Part shown: piece by piece, positions 34,441 through 47,403 of the stretch
Position numbering within the stretch: position 1 is the stretch's first letter
How the letters are laid out: the number at the start of each line of letters is the position of its first letter
Origin: Anthoceros angustus
Lineage: Eukaryota; Plantae; Anthocerotophyta
Direction: 5' to 3'
Assembly: GCA_010909165.1 (NCBI GenBank)
Contig: MU008200.1
Span: 372,001 to 436,000, forward strand
DNA: 64,000 nt
Translations under genes and position numbers: made by a program
The notes under the pieces: generated by a model
What the model saw: the letters and a program-made list of their open reading frames with translations, nothing else
Databases searched by the model: none
What the model was told of the DNA's origin: nothing

Positions 34441-37400
34441 AACAACCCTCGGACTCCAGTCTATGTTTGTACTTCAGGGATCACCATGATTAGAGGCGGA
34501 TGGTATAGATGGGAGCGGACATGGTGGGAATTTCATTCGTTCTCTGATGAGGACCTCCTGCATCGATTTAGCTCCACTATTTGTGTGGTTTGAGAAGTGC
34601 TAGAACTAGCCCGACATTGTAACACATGTATCGATGTCACGAGAGAGGATGTCGAGAGTCCGCATGGGTGGAGCCACATGGACAGCAATGATGACCACAG
34701 TGCGAAGAAGAGCTTAGCGAAACATAAAGCAACCTACCTACCCATCAAGCTCCAACGAGGATGATAGCGACTAGCCCTCTAGGAACAGACTATGCTTTCA
34801 TATGCTGAACTTATCCTTCTCATGCTGCTGGACATGGGTATGTGACCAGACTCTAAGACTCCAAGTGACTCCTTGAACCGGAAATGTTTTGCTCTGGCTA
34901 AGGACTTGGTGAGAATATCTGCTACATTTGCATACATTGGGATATATTCAAGCTTGATTGACTGAGCTAACGTCACGATAAAATGATGATGCACCTCGAT
35001 ATGTTTGGTCCTCGCATGAAAGCAGGATTATGTGCCAAAGCCGGTCTTGGTGATTATCGCGAGATAGTTGTGGGTTCACGTTGAGCTTGGCCCACATCTT
35101 CAAGTAGCCTCCTTAGCCAAATTGCTTCCTTGGCTGCTTTAGTTAAAGCTGAATATTCAGCTTTGTGACAATGACCACGATGGATTGTTTCTTGAGGACC
35201 AAGTGGCACCGAGCTAACAAGAAGGCGTGAGACACATACTTCACAGTATCGGGATCTGCGGTCGCATCGCAATACCTATCAAGGTGAGCATGTCCTCATC
35301 ACGTATGTCTAGAGTAGTGGATTCCATGATTGCTAGTGCCCTTCAAATACCTAAGGATACGCTTAGTGGCTGACCAATGTGGCCTGCTAGGATCCTTCAG
35401 GAACTGCGAAACTATACTTGCAGCAAAAGAAACATCAGGCCTGGTATGGTTCGAACAAAAGATTAGAGAACCTACTGCCTGTGCATAGGGAACTAAGGAC
35501 ATCTCTTCACGCTCTGCATCAGTCTGTGGGGATTGGGACTTGCTCAACTTACAACCCGCTTCTAAAGGGTAAGAGCTAAACAGCTTAGTCCGCTTATACT
35601 TATACAACATATCATAGATATATTTCTCACTGGTGAATCACTAATGTGCCGATCGTCATCCCAGGAGTTGAGTTCAAGACAATAAGTAAGCTCACCAATG
35701 TCCACCATATCAAAGCGACCCGGATAAGAGAGTCTTACCTTCTTTATGCCGGCAAGATCAGTTCCCATAAGTATACAGTCGTCGACATATAAGGCCAGAA
35801 TAACATAGCCTGTCTCCTGTTGCTGCAGGTAAACATTGGTGTCTGCCAGGCTTTTGACGAAGCCAAACTCCAGTAGAAACTCATCTATGCAGAAATACCA
35901 AGCTCTAGGACTTTGTTTTAGCCCGTATATGGTCTTGAGCAGCTTAAAAACGTGGTCTTCTTTTCCTTTCAGCTCAAACCCTTCAGGCTGCTGCATATAA
36001 ATCTCTTCCTCTAACTGACCATGGAGAAAGGTAGTCTTGACGTCCATTTGATGGATGAATAGCTTGAAGAAGGCTGACATAGCAAAGAGGACCCTGAGAG
36101 ACTGGGACTTGACAACAGGGGAAAAGGTGTCATGGTAATCTGTGGAACCGAGAAAACCACGAGCCACTAACCTAGCCTTGTACCGGGAAATGCTGCCATC
36201 TGCCTTGTATTTCAACTTAAAGACCCATTTAGAGGTGACAATTTTCCTCCCCGGAGGCGGAGGGCAGACTTCCCAGGTATGGTTTTGTATCAGGCTGTCG
36301 TATTCAGACTTAATGGCTTGCTCCCACGGCCTAGACTCTGGCCCACTACGAGCATCTTTGTAGGTCTGAGGTTCATAACCAGGGTTGATGGTAAGGTTGA
36401 CCACATCGACAACATCAACGACAAACTCATCAACCTGAGAACCATGGGGTCGAGGGACCTTACGAAAATCCTCACTACGATAAGGAGGCTCATGCCACTG
36501 AGAGGGAGGGCGATGAGGGCAACCACACCTACGTAAAGGAGGAGGAGGCTGAGGAACGGGCATTAGAAACTCAGCACGTTCAGCAATATCAGCCTCCTCA
36601 TATTGGGGAACAAAGCCAGCAATGGGGACCTGAGGACCCGGAGGGGCATCGAATAATCAACATCGGAATCGAAGAATCTCGCACTGAGAACAGCCCTACT
36701 AGAGGAGCAACCCCACCAGCGGGAACAGCCGGATAAGGTTGTCCAGGAACATCTGCTGGAAAAGAGGCATCAAACTGTGGAAAAGAAACAGCTTCCAACT
36801 CATGGTCAGAGTCATCAGTACTGTCAAAATGTCCCGCAGCATCGAAAGGGACAGGAACTGAAGAATCATCCAAAGAAGGAGCCTGGAGTACAGATCTCTC
36901 ATCAAATACCACTGTCCGGGCATGGAGTACCTTATGAGAGATAGGATCAAACAATTTGTACCCGTGGATGCCGATAGTGTAGCCGATAAAAATATGCCGC
37001 TTTGATTTATAAGAGAACTTCTGACGCAGTTTGTCCGGAATATGTGCATAGGCAATGCTCCCAAAAACTCGAAGATGTGACAGATCGGGCTTGACCCTGT
37101 CCAAGCCTCAAAGGGTATCTGTCCATGAAGGGATGAGACAACAATCTGCTCAAGATATGGCAACTTGAACTGCTTCCCCCAATCGCATGTGCAACCTCCT
37201 CAAAACATAAGGGACCTGGCTGAATCCTGAATAGTACGATGAAAACGTTCAGCCCGGCCATTCATGTCAGAATGGTAAGGAATAGTGAGTTGTCTTATGA
37301 TTCCTCTTTCTTCGCAAAAATCTTGGAAAGCAGCTGACATATACTCTTTGGCATTGTCGGATCTGAGGCATTTCAACTTATGCCCAGTCTGGCGTTCTGC

Positions 37401-39190
37401 ATAAGCCAGATACTTCTTAAAGCAGTCACATACCTCACTCTTATGCTGAAGGAGAGATGTAACAATGAAGTGAGTCCTGTCATCCTCAAATACCACAAAA
37501 TATTGTGAGCCTCCCCAGGATGGAGTAGACATAGGGCCATAGATATCTGTGTGGATTAGATCCAGAGGTTCTGTAACCTTGAGGTTTATACTCCCAAAGT
37601 GGGATATAAACTACTTGCCATGGATACAAGCTACACACAACTCCAGATCAAGTAACTCGATTCCACAAATCCGCTTACCATCGTCTCTTTGAGAAGACGT
37701 CATGGCTTTGTATATTAGGATGACCCAACTGCAATGCCATAGATAAGCTATACTAACAGAGCCTTGCATCAGAACATGGGCTGCAGGAGCGGAACATCAA
37801 TAAAGAAATCCGCAAAGGTCATACAAGGCCACGAGCTGTAACTGGATGGAGACTGAGAGAGAAATGGTACACTCTATGCCCTCAAATGTGATTCTGTACA
37901 ACCCTATTTTTCCCAAGGCCATTGTACTAACTAAATTCTTAGTCAGGAGAGGAACATGAAGAGTATTTTCTAACTCCAAAGGTGTACCATTCTGCAGGGT
38001 AACAAGGACTGTTCCAGACCCTCTAGTCGGCAAAGCTGAGTTATCACCTAGGACAACGGCATGGTCATGACCAGGTGGAGTTGGTTGATAGGAAATGAAG
38101 GCCTTCCTCAGAGAACACATGTGATTAGATGCACCACTGTCAAGAAACCAGTGATAAGAATCACGTGAGGAAGATGCAAGACACATTACCAGCAGACCTG
38201 GAGTGGACGCTCTGGCTACATGTGTCTCAGATGAGTGTTTTCCTTTAGCTGCATCATCAGCCTTCTTCTTACAATCCTTAACCCAATGGTTAGGTTTCAA
38301 TAATTACACACACCGGTTTCTTTGTGGAGTTAGGATCGGTGATGAAGAGGCGCTTGCCGCCTTCCAAGACTCCACCCACGGCCCTCCTCCCACACGACCT
38401 CGCCGCCTCTCCATCAAGAGGCGTGTCTCCTTATTTTGAGACGAACCTCGGCTTGATGTGCTTGCTGTTCTGAAGCAATGCACCAACCTTCCTTCAGACA
38501 AACAGTTGGATGTAGCGGTGTTGTAGAGGTGTGGACTTTGATGGCAATTGCTTCCTGAATGGCACTAAACTGCTCATAACTTGGCGGCAGTGAGGTGAGG
38601 AGTTGAATTGCTGCCCTGTCTTCAGGCACAAAAACTCCACAAGATGCCAGCTTGGCTCTGGCTGCACGAAACCTCGAGGCATGGCTCTCAACAGAATTTG
38701 TCTCCTTCATGCAGTGTCCGAAATGTAAGGTTGTCAACTCCGTCATCATATCCTTAGATTCATAAGTGTCACCTAACAATGTCCATGCTTCATTTGATGT
38801 ACTTGTCAGCTTGATGTGAGGAATCATGTCTTGGGACACTGAAGACACAAGGATTGAGTGTGCCTTCCTGTCCTTCGACTGCCACTCCTCTGCTTGCTTT
38901 GTCTGTGGGTACCGATCCTCGGTGTTGCCCCCTGACGGTTGACCAGCAATTCTCTGCGGATTGGTGCCATCCACCACATCCATGAGTGACTTCTCTTCAA
39001 GAATACAGCGAATATGAAAACTCCAGTTGTCATAGTTGGAAGGAGTCAAGCGATCCTTCTCCTGGAGTCGGTCAGACCCATCTGACCATGTTCCAGCCAT
39101 TACTGCTGGAAATCAAGGTGAGTATTGTGGGACAGGAACATCAGACCCGAGCTGCTGTCGAATCTCTCTAATTTCCTTGGCATGTCTCTT
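34441..39190 (-). mobile_element. Copia-C internal region (gag-pol), no LTR at either end
   Basis: gag LTPSNYDNWSFHIRCILEEKSLMDVVDG; WFLDSGASNHMC; DMNGRAERFHRTI; ORF 35562..36563 KWVFKLKYK..YKARLVARG, QMDVKTTFLHG, YGLKQSPRAW, LYVDD; RH KEAIWLRRLL. Confidence 0.93.
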
Positions 39191-39629
39191 CCTCGTGATT
39201 TGCTCTTGCTCACAGCTCAAAGGTCCTTGCCCTTGCTCTCCTTCCCACACCTTGGCGTCGAACCCGATTTCTCCTGAAAGCTCAACAAAATTCCCCACGG
39301 ACTCTTACACCTTGATTTAGGAGCCCTTCACCGGTTTCCTAGCAATCTTGCCACGCTCCACCCTCCTAGGCACCCTCACGAGCTTGGCAAGTGTTGGGTT
39401 GCCCCAACCTTCTTCTCCTTCTTCTCTTCTTCCTCTTTTCCTCCTTCTTCCTCTCTTGGGCGCTGGCGGTTCGCCTCCTTGTGAGCTTGCCCTCCTTCTC
39501 CTCCTCAAGCAGGCGCGTGTCGGCGCGTTGCTGTATGGGGGCCTTGGGAAGCAGGGTGTGGCGTGGCGCCTTCTGTTCTGCGGTAGTCTCTTCAAGTTTA
39601 CGAGTTGTGGCCTCCTGCGCACTGACCAC

Positions 39630-39700
39630 TTTTATAAGTCACCCAAGGGTTAGAAAAGTAACTACCATTCTATCCTGCCCTTGGATGTGTGCCACGTGGC
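39630..39700 (-). promoter_or_regulatory. G-box plus TATA, candidate ORF X promoter
   Basis: GCCACGTGGC 39691-39700; TATAAAA 39630-39636 on minus. Confidence 0.5.
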
Positions 39701-39900
39701 CCCTTCTCACCGTTGATGTTAGTTTCCTAATTTCCTTATACTAAAATACCATTTTCCCTATTTTCTAATTTCTAATTCTGAAAATTAGCCTCTAATTTCT
39801 TAATTACCTATTTTGGCCTATTTATCTAGTCCACTAAAAGACTCTATATATAGCAAGCCTATCACCTAAAACATAAGCTACCTTCCTTAGAAACCTATCT

Positions 39901-40140
39901 CCTACCGTGGTAGGACATCCTCCTACCATGGTAGGCGTTTTCCCTTTCTCCTACCACGGTAGGAGTTTCTCCCCGGTGGGATACCTACCCTCTCCTACCA
40001 TGGTAGGAGCTATTCCTACGGTAGGTGATCAAAACACTAGCGGGTCATCCTCCTACGGTGGTAGGATCTCTCCTACCCTCGTCTACCATGGTAGGAGTTT
40101 CTCCTACGGTGGTAGGACACCTCCTACCACTCATGTAGGT
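39901..40140. repeat. Palindrome array
   Basis: CCTACCGTGGTAGG, CCTACCATGGTAGG, CCTACCACGGTAGG, CCTACGGTGGTAGG copies; duplicate of 22054-22297. Confidence 0.88.
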
Positions 40141-40399
40141 TACCTTTTCTCCTCACCGGAGGTCGTTTTGACCCGTTTCTTTTTCCACCATATCCTCTGC
40201 CTTCCACATGGTCCTACAACTCCCGCTCAAAAAGGCAAAAATTTCCTTGCATGTCTTCACCAAACCATTTCTAGCAAAGAGTGTGGGCTGTTCAAAGCAA
40301 ACTCATTTAAGCTTGTTGCCCAAACTTTTGCGTTCACATACTCCCCTCCTCACTGTTTGCGTCCTCGCAAACAACAGATACTCAGTGAAGGTACTTCTT

Positions 40400-42360
40400 A
40401 ACCTTCCACCCATTCACTCTAGTTGGCGACAAATCCCCATCCGGCCTCGTGGTTTGCGGATCCATTCTCATACTGCCACCACCTCATAAGGTCCCATCCA
40501 TCTCAACCTAAGCTTCAGGAAGTCCATATATCGGCTATCATATAGAAGAACCAAATCCCCATGATAGCTTCTTGCTTCCTCAACTTCCCATCATGCCTAT
40601 CCTTTCTAAGCTCCAGATTAGAGTTTCTTCTAAAGCATCTTCCCTCGTTCCTCATGCTCTATGAAAGATTCTAGTCTAGCTACTATCTCTCTGATCATCG
40701 TTCATCCTCCATGATTCTATAGGTGGGTACTTCAAATTCACTGGCATCACAGGAGCCATATGTTAAATAATAAGGGGTCTTCTTGGTTGTCACCTTCTGC
40801 TTCTGTAAGCCCTTGAATGTAGCTTAGTGTCCCAATCATACATGTGAGTCCACGTTACCTTGGTCAAGATTGTACACAACAGCCCATTCGTTTTCTCCGT
40901 CAAACCATTCGCTTTGGGATTGTAAGGAGTTGTCTTTCGATCGAATGTTGAAGTAGGTGGTGAGAGTCTCGATCGAGTTGAGGAAATGAGTTCCCATCAG
41001 ACCAACTCAAAGGACATCCATACCTCGTTATAATGTTCTCAGAGAAACTTCTCTGCAGTCGTCGTCCTTTGTTGCTTGACCTCCACCATCTTTGTACAAT
41101 AGTCCGCCACCAAGATATATTGCTTCCTTGTCCATTGTGTGGGTGGCTTGATTGGACCTACAAAATCTATACCCACTTCTCAAATGGTGCCAAAGGTAGT
41201 ATGTAGGTGAGAGGCCCTTTGTTGACAAAGTGGGCCTTCCAACCCTCGACGCATCACACCTCCTAATAAATTCCCACATCCCTGCGCATTGCCCACGAGG
41301 CATCCAAGACCTTCTTCCGGTGATTTGCGTCGAATAATGACCACCTCTTACGCATGTAAAGCACGTGACCAAAGCAGCTTCTCTATTTCCGGACATCGCG
41401 AATCTTCTCTCGGACCAAGCTTGTACAAGACCCCATCTAGGCAATAAGGGGCTGTCTTGTGGAGAAAAACAATCGCCCTCCCTAGACAAACCATCGGGCA
41501 TGATTCCATGCTCTAGAAAATTTTACCTCACCATTCAAGTATCTTGGGCATGAACGCCCCTCACGTTCTAATCTCCTCCTTCCACGCATACCACGTCGCC
41601 TCCTGCTAGCTCGCCACCAGCCCCAGGGTTGATCCATCCACAAATCGATTTCTCCCGCTTTGTCCATCTTGCAAGTTTTGATGCGTGTCACGTCTTCGTC
41701 ACGATGTCTTGATCACGACGATCTTGCTTCCACAGCTAGTTTCGTCATAATCAAACTCTTGCGTGAGGTACCCCAGGCAATCCTTACCAAATGCGGCTTG
41801 TTGGTACTTCAGCAAAATGGTCAACATGAACGTCACTTTGCAAGCGCGGATAGTGTCTAAACTTCTTACAGTAAATGATACCAAGACCCTCCGCATGGTT
41901 GAGTAGTTCTTCTGATCCGTGGCATCTACAAGCATAAATCGGATGGTCCGTTTCTTCGTCGCCAACAGATGGTCCCAATGGCATAAGCGGACACATCCAC
42001 GTATACATGAAACGGTTCTCCCAATCGTGGTGTAACATGGAGTGCGCTCACGGTGTTCTTGTTCGAAAACCTCTTCTTGCGGTAATCCATTCGAAAGGTG
42101 TATCCTTCTTGGTCAATTGGGTCGCAAATGCCTTCTTAGCAAAATCCTTGATGAACCTCCTAATATCCTACCGGTCCTACAAAGGCACCTTTGCCTCACC
42201 GTTTGGGGTGCATCCATCTCATACGCCACCTTCTCCTTATCTACGCAATCCTCTTCTGGCTTCGATGTGCCAACAAAATACCTTCCGCATGCGAAATAAC
42301 ACTTAAGTGGTGGTGCCTTGGTTCTCAATTTTCTCCTTATGATTCGCTCTCTAGTTGTGG
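40400..42360 (-). pseudogene. Athila-like RT C-terminus, RNase H and integrase
   Basis: Duplicate of 22540-24520 (FRHY, QEFDY, KVAYEMDAPQTVR). Confidence 0.85.
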
Positions 42361-42399
42361 CTCACCGCCTTCTTCTTCGCATTCTCTTGCCCAAATGGT

Positions 42400-42950
42400 G
42401 CCACACACTAGTTAAGAACACAGGGCGTTTGGTGGAGGCGGAATCTCATGCAGCAGAACCGCCAGATAGTAGTGCCCCTTGAATTTGGCCTTGCCTCAGG
42501 CGTGAATTCACAGTAACCTCTCTCGGCTTTGTTCTTGAGGAGCACCGGAAGAGTACAAGCCTGTCCTCGATAAGTGCGCCAATGATGTCCTTAACGGGGA
42601 AGCGGCGGCAGCTCTAGAAGCAGCAGTCCGTTTGGTCAGGTGATATGAAGGTGGGAGGCTGAGTAGCTAGGATACGACTTGGCATCTTGTTACTCAAGCA
42701 CGTGATCCGGCTCTAAGATGTCAACTTCGTATGTACAACTATCTTCTCCTTCCTTCATTTTCCGCATAAAATGCAATTCTTGCGATAATACGGCATGTTG
42801 TGGAATGATAGGTTGTTTCACGGTTCCGAGATGGCCTCATTGTCCAGAACTCTATATGACCCCGAATGCATCTAGGCCATTGATTGGGAGGGCCATGACA
42901 CCATAGTGGTGCATCCACTTGGCATGATCATCGGGGTGTGTGGTAGGATG
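42400..42950 (-). pseudogene. Copia-D gag fragment (duplicate)
   Basis: Colinear with 25200-25800. Confidence 0.58.
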
Positions 42951-43612
42951 GCTGAAAGTCTCGCCACACTCTCAGCGAGAGCAATGAGCTCCCATCGCCG
43001 TCTCCTCAAGAGGCGGGATACAAGGGTCTTGAGGAGGAGTTGCAGGCGGTGCTAAATCTGCTCAGCGCTCATGCTCATGTTCACGGACCCCGCGCCTTGT
43101 GTGTGGTCAATCGCTTGTACCCATCGACACCCAGATACTATCAAGCATGGCGGTGTGAGGCAAGCACTTTTCTAACATGGTGTATCGGAAGGAGCGGGTG
43201 AAGGAAAGCGGAGGGGAGAGAGGAGATGACCCTCAGTGGAGCACACGAAGAGGATAGCTTTGGCAGCGCGGACCTGCACTTATCGACAAGGTGGAACGGC
43301 CTATGAAGATGGGTGAAGGAGGGGAGGCGAGGTGATTGTTCCTCAAACTTCAAACCAGAAGCCTATCGGTGACATACAAGACTAAGAGGTGTTAACGTGA
43401 AATGGGGTTGACAAGGAAGCATAAAAGTTTGGGCAACTAGCTTAAATGAGTTCTTTGAAACAGGCCCACACTCTTTTGCTAGAAATGGTTTGGTGAAGAC
43501 ATGCAAGGAAATTTTTGCTCCTTTTTAGCGGGAGTTGTAGGACCATGTCGGGAAGGCAGAGGATATGGGGAAAAGAAACGGGTCAAAACGACCTTGGTGA
43601 GGAGAAAGGTAA

Positions 43613-43845
43613 CCTACATGAGTGGTAGGAGGTGTCCTACCACCAGGAGAAACTCCTACCATGGTGAGCGGTAGGAGAGATCCTACCATGAGGAGAATGA
43701 CCGCTAGTGTTTTGATCACCTACCGGTAGGAATAGCTCCTACCATGGTAGGAGAGGGTAGGAAGGTATCCTACCAGTGGGAAACTCCTACCGTGGTAGGA
43801 GAAAGGAACGCCTACCATGGTAGGAGGATGTCCTACCCAGTGGGA
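43613..43845. repeat. Palindrome array
   Basis: CCTACCATGGTAGG at ~43738 and 43811, CCTACCGTGGTAGG at ~43786, plus degraded copies. Confidence 0.85.
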
Positions 43846-44041
43846 GATAGGTTCTAAGGAAGGTAGCTTATGTTTTAGGCAGGATAGGCTTGCTATATAT
43901 AGAGTCTTTTAGTGGACTAGATAAATAGGCCAAAATAGGTAATTAAGAAATTAGAGGCTAATTTTCATTAGAAATTAGAAAATAGGGAAATGGTATTTTA
44001 GTATAAGGAATTAGGAAACTAACATCAATGGTGAGAAAGGG

Positions 44042-44113
44042 GCCACGTGGCACACATCCAAGGGCAGGATAGAGAATGGTAGTTACTTTTTAACCCTTGG
44101 GTGACTTATAAAA
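44042..44113 (+). promoter_or_regulatory. G-box plus TATA, candidate ORF X promoter
   Basis: GCCACGTGGC 44042-44051; TATAAAA 44107-44113. Confidence 0.55.
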
Positions 44114-44653
44114 GTGGTGCGGTGCTGCAGGAGGCCACAACTCGAAACTTGAGGCGGCCTCACAGAAGGCGCCACACCTCAAGCTTCCCAAGGCCCCCAT
44201 CAACAGCGCCCGTGCACCTTGCTGAGGAGGAGAAGGAAGGGCGCAAGCTCAACAAGAGGAGAAATCCCGCCCAAGAGAGGAAGAAGGAGGAAAAAGAGGA
44301 AGAGAAGGGAGAAGAAGGTTGGGGCGCAACCCAACACTTGCCAAGCTCGTGAGGGTGCCTAGGAGGGTGGAGCGTGGCAAGATTGCTAGGAAACCGTGCA
44401 GGAAGGGCTCCTAAATTGCTTGGTGGTGTAAGAGTCCGTGGGGAATTTTGGTGAGCTTTCTCTTGCGGGAAATCGGGGTTTGGGACGCCAAGGTGTAAGG
44501 ACTGCGAGGAGAGCAAGGGGCAAGGACCTTTGAGCTGTGAGCAAGAGCAAATCGAGGAGGAGAAACGTTTGCAAGGATAAGAAGGCGGCTGCAGGAATTG
44601 CAGGAGAGGCATCACTTTTCTTCAATTTCGTGCAAGTACTAACCAAGGAGGCC

Positions 44654-47291
44654 ATGACCAAGGGGCAAGGAGGTAGTAGCCAAGGAAGGAGCGTCCACCA
44701 AGGGAGGTGGCGCAGAGCGGCAAGAGGTCTAAGGAGGATCGAGACTGGAGGGTGGAAATTTGACATTATTTACGTGCTATGCAGGCCAGCTATCCTCTAG
44801 AGACCTTTCGGACTTTCGACCTTGGGCAGCAGAGGAGAATATTCAGCTAGAGTGGGTGTATGGGCGACATTGGTCTTACACCAACCTTGAATTGATAGAA
44901 GAGTGTTTTGCTAATTTGCAGCAGACGGAAGAATTGGCTGCCTTACCGGATAGAACGCACGGACGGATCCACGGTGTTGGATGAGCATACGCCGGTATAT
45001 GGCAGCCGGATAGCGAGGATAGCGGAATCACGTTGATGGAAGGAACGAGGCAAGCGTGCATCAACGGCGGATCTTCCCAAGGAGCCCTTACACTTATGCA
45101 AGGGGCATGAAGGCTAAGTCCAAGAACGGTTGGCGGACGGACCAAATCTTGGAGCCCAAGTGGAGATTGTTCACAAGAATTGTTTTGGGCTTGGTGAGCA
45201 ATCCAAGGGTGTCATATTTCAGCACTACCTTCCTCCATTTTCTATGGAAGATCACTCAAGGAGCGAAGCGGATTGGGGCTCATCATGTATGAAGCATACA
45301 CCTACCACCGGAAAAGTTCTGAAACCCAACGTCGGATGAAGAAGGCGTCAAGGCATGCTATCTTAGCACTTATCTAGTGCATTTGTGGGAAGTAGAGGGC
45401 TACTCACAAGTAAGGAGTTGGATGATTCCAAGCATCCCTTTAACATTGTGTACTTACGGCGGGAGAGGGGAGTGCTTGGTGCTTTCGCTAAAGGAGGTGC
45501 CGCGGCACCACGGACATTATTCGGAAGGAATCCCTCCGAAAGATAGGCGGAGGATGTGCGGGAGGACTTGCAAGGAGAAGTTGTAGGGAGTTTGAAGTTT
45601 GGACCCCTTTCGTCCTCTCATGGACAAGGCCTGCATGGGAAGGTGGTGGAAGTAGTCCTCACAGTAGAATCCTACCACGGTGGGGTACCTCCTACCACGG
45701 TAGGAGGGAAAGGAAGTCACGGTTTGGAAGCTCCCAAGCGGAGATAAGAAGGCAACCGGCCCCGTTAGGTGGGCGGCGGATGGAGTCACGGTGGGAGTTG
45801 CCCACCAAGTGATGAGCGGGAGCTCATCATAGGGAAGCAAGGGATGTAAGATCCCATGAGCAAGGCAAAGGCCTTGAGTCTCCCGGAGGTAAGAAAGGAG
45901 ACTTGGACATGTTGGAGGAGATGCTGCGCATAGGGGAGATGTTCAGCAAGGTAGACATAGGAGCCGCCAAGAGGAGAGTTGAATTCTTGAAGGAGGCGGA
46001 AGACAAGGACCTACCAAGCAAGGGAAATTGCGGTAGGCGGCGGAAACCCAATGGAGGATGTTATGAGGATGGAAGCTCAAGTGGAGCACTTGGAAAAGAG
46101 TCTTGACAAGGCTACAGAGGCAAACCATCATATTCGGAGAACAAGGCTCTTACCAAGCAATTGAGCTCGAGAGGAGAAGGTGGAGCAACTTGCTCACATG
46201 GTGCGCACATGGGAAAAGAAGGCGGAAGACAAGCAAGTGCTGCTAATGGAGGAAAGGTCAAGACGAGAGCAATCTCTGCAAATGAGGCGGCACAAAGGCA
46301 AGTAGGCGCATGAGCGGGTCATAGCCACACAGTTGAAGATTAGTGACATGGAAAAGGAGCTGGGAGAAATCCGGAGGCTGGAATTGAAGGAAGAAGAGCT
46401 GGAAAACGGACACATTTTGTCCAAAGATTGGAAATGGAGCGAGAAGTCCAGAACGGAATGCACAACTCCCTAGGAGGATAGGGGAGTTGGAGGAAGAAAT
46501 GGCAAAGGAGAAAGGCCGTCATGAGGCGGTGGTGCAGCATATGTTGGCGGTGAGGCGATTTGATTATGCCCTACAAGAGATTGATCCGCCAAGCAGAATG
46601 AGAGGGACGGAGAATGTGGCTCTCCATGTCAAGACCGGTGAGCTGGCCTTAGCGAGATGCTTACAAAAGCAAGTGTGAGCATGGAGTATGGCTTGAGGAT
46701 TACGAAGAATTGGAGATGGCACAACGATTTGCAGCCCATCTTCACAACAAGGTGCTCAAGGCCACTAACGAGTTGTTGCGACTTGCTAGAGGAGAATGTT
46801 GGGACCTCATGATGATGATAGGGAGGCCCTCATGCAAGTCCGGAAGCCTTAGACTTGGAGAGTGTCCCAAGCAGGGTGGAAGAAACGCACTGTGGAGAAG
46901 CAAGTGAAGCGGGGAAGCTCGCAGTGGAGAGAATCACCCGGGAAGGGGTAAGGAAGAAGAAATGACCGGTAGGAACTCCTACCGTGGTAGGAGGAGTTCC
47001 TACCATGGTAGGAGGGGAAGCGGAGAAAGCTAGCATGGATTTGACGGCAAGGCGGTACCTTGGCCCTTGCAGGAAAAGGAGGAAGAGGTGGTTGATCTTG
47101 CAGGAATGGAGCAAGGATCACAAGGAGAAGACCAACCTCCTAACATGGGTGCAGGAGCAAGGAGCTCACTTGCTCCACAAGTGAGAGGAAGAGGAGAAGT
47201 CGAGGATGAGCCAGTGGCTAAGAGAGCCCGGGCTATTTTATTGGAGGAAGAAACTCAAGGCAGGCATCAAGATAAGGAAGGGGATTCATAA
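44654..47291 (+). pseudogene. ORF X, best uninterrupted copy (frameshifted)
   Basis: MTKGQGG.., EENIQLEWVYGRHWSYTNLELIEECFANLQQTEELAALPDR, LEPKWRLFTRIVLGLVSNP, MLEEMLRIGEMFSKVDIGAAKRRVEFLKE, MEEEMAKEKGRHEAVVQHML. Confidence 0.68.
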
Positions 47292-47403
47292 GGGGTCCTT
47301 AAATTAGCTTGAAGACATGGGACAAGATGCCACTTGGGGAGACTTTTCTTTAGAGGAGGACAGGCATTAATGCTTGTCAGAGTGTTGACTAGCTAGATAG
47401 GAA

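Larger units (their letters stand above)
21310..39190. repeat. Unit 1 of a ~17.5-kb tandem duplication
   Basis: Colinear module by module with 39191-56500. Confidence 0.88.

Noticed and set aside
44760-45600. Treating the Trp-rich block as gypsy gag
   Set aside because: It lies downstream of integrase, is colinear with the coiled coil and 3' LTR in three copies, and meets gag only at one apparent deletion joint (~2957).
44654-47291. Calling ORF X an envelope (env) gene or a plant mobile domain protein
   Set aside because: Position fits Athila env-like ORFs, but I see no clear signal peptide or transmembrane anchor and cannot confirm a domain match without an HMM search.
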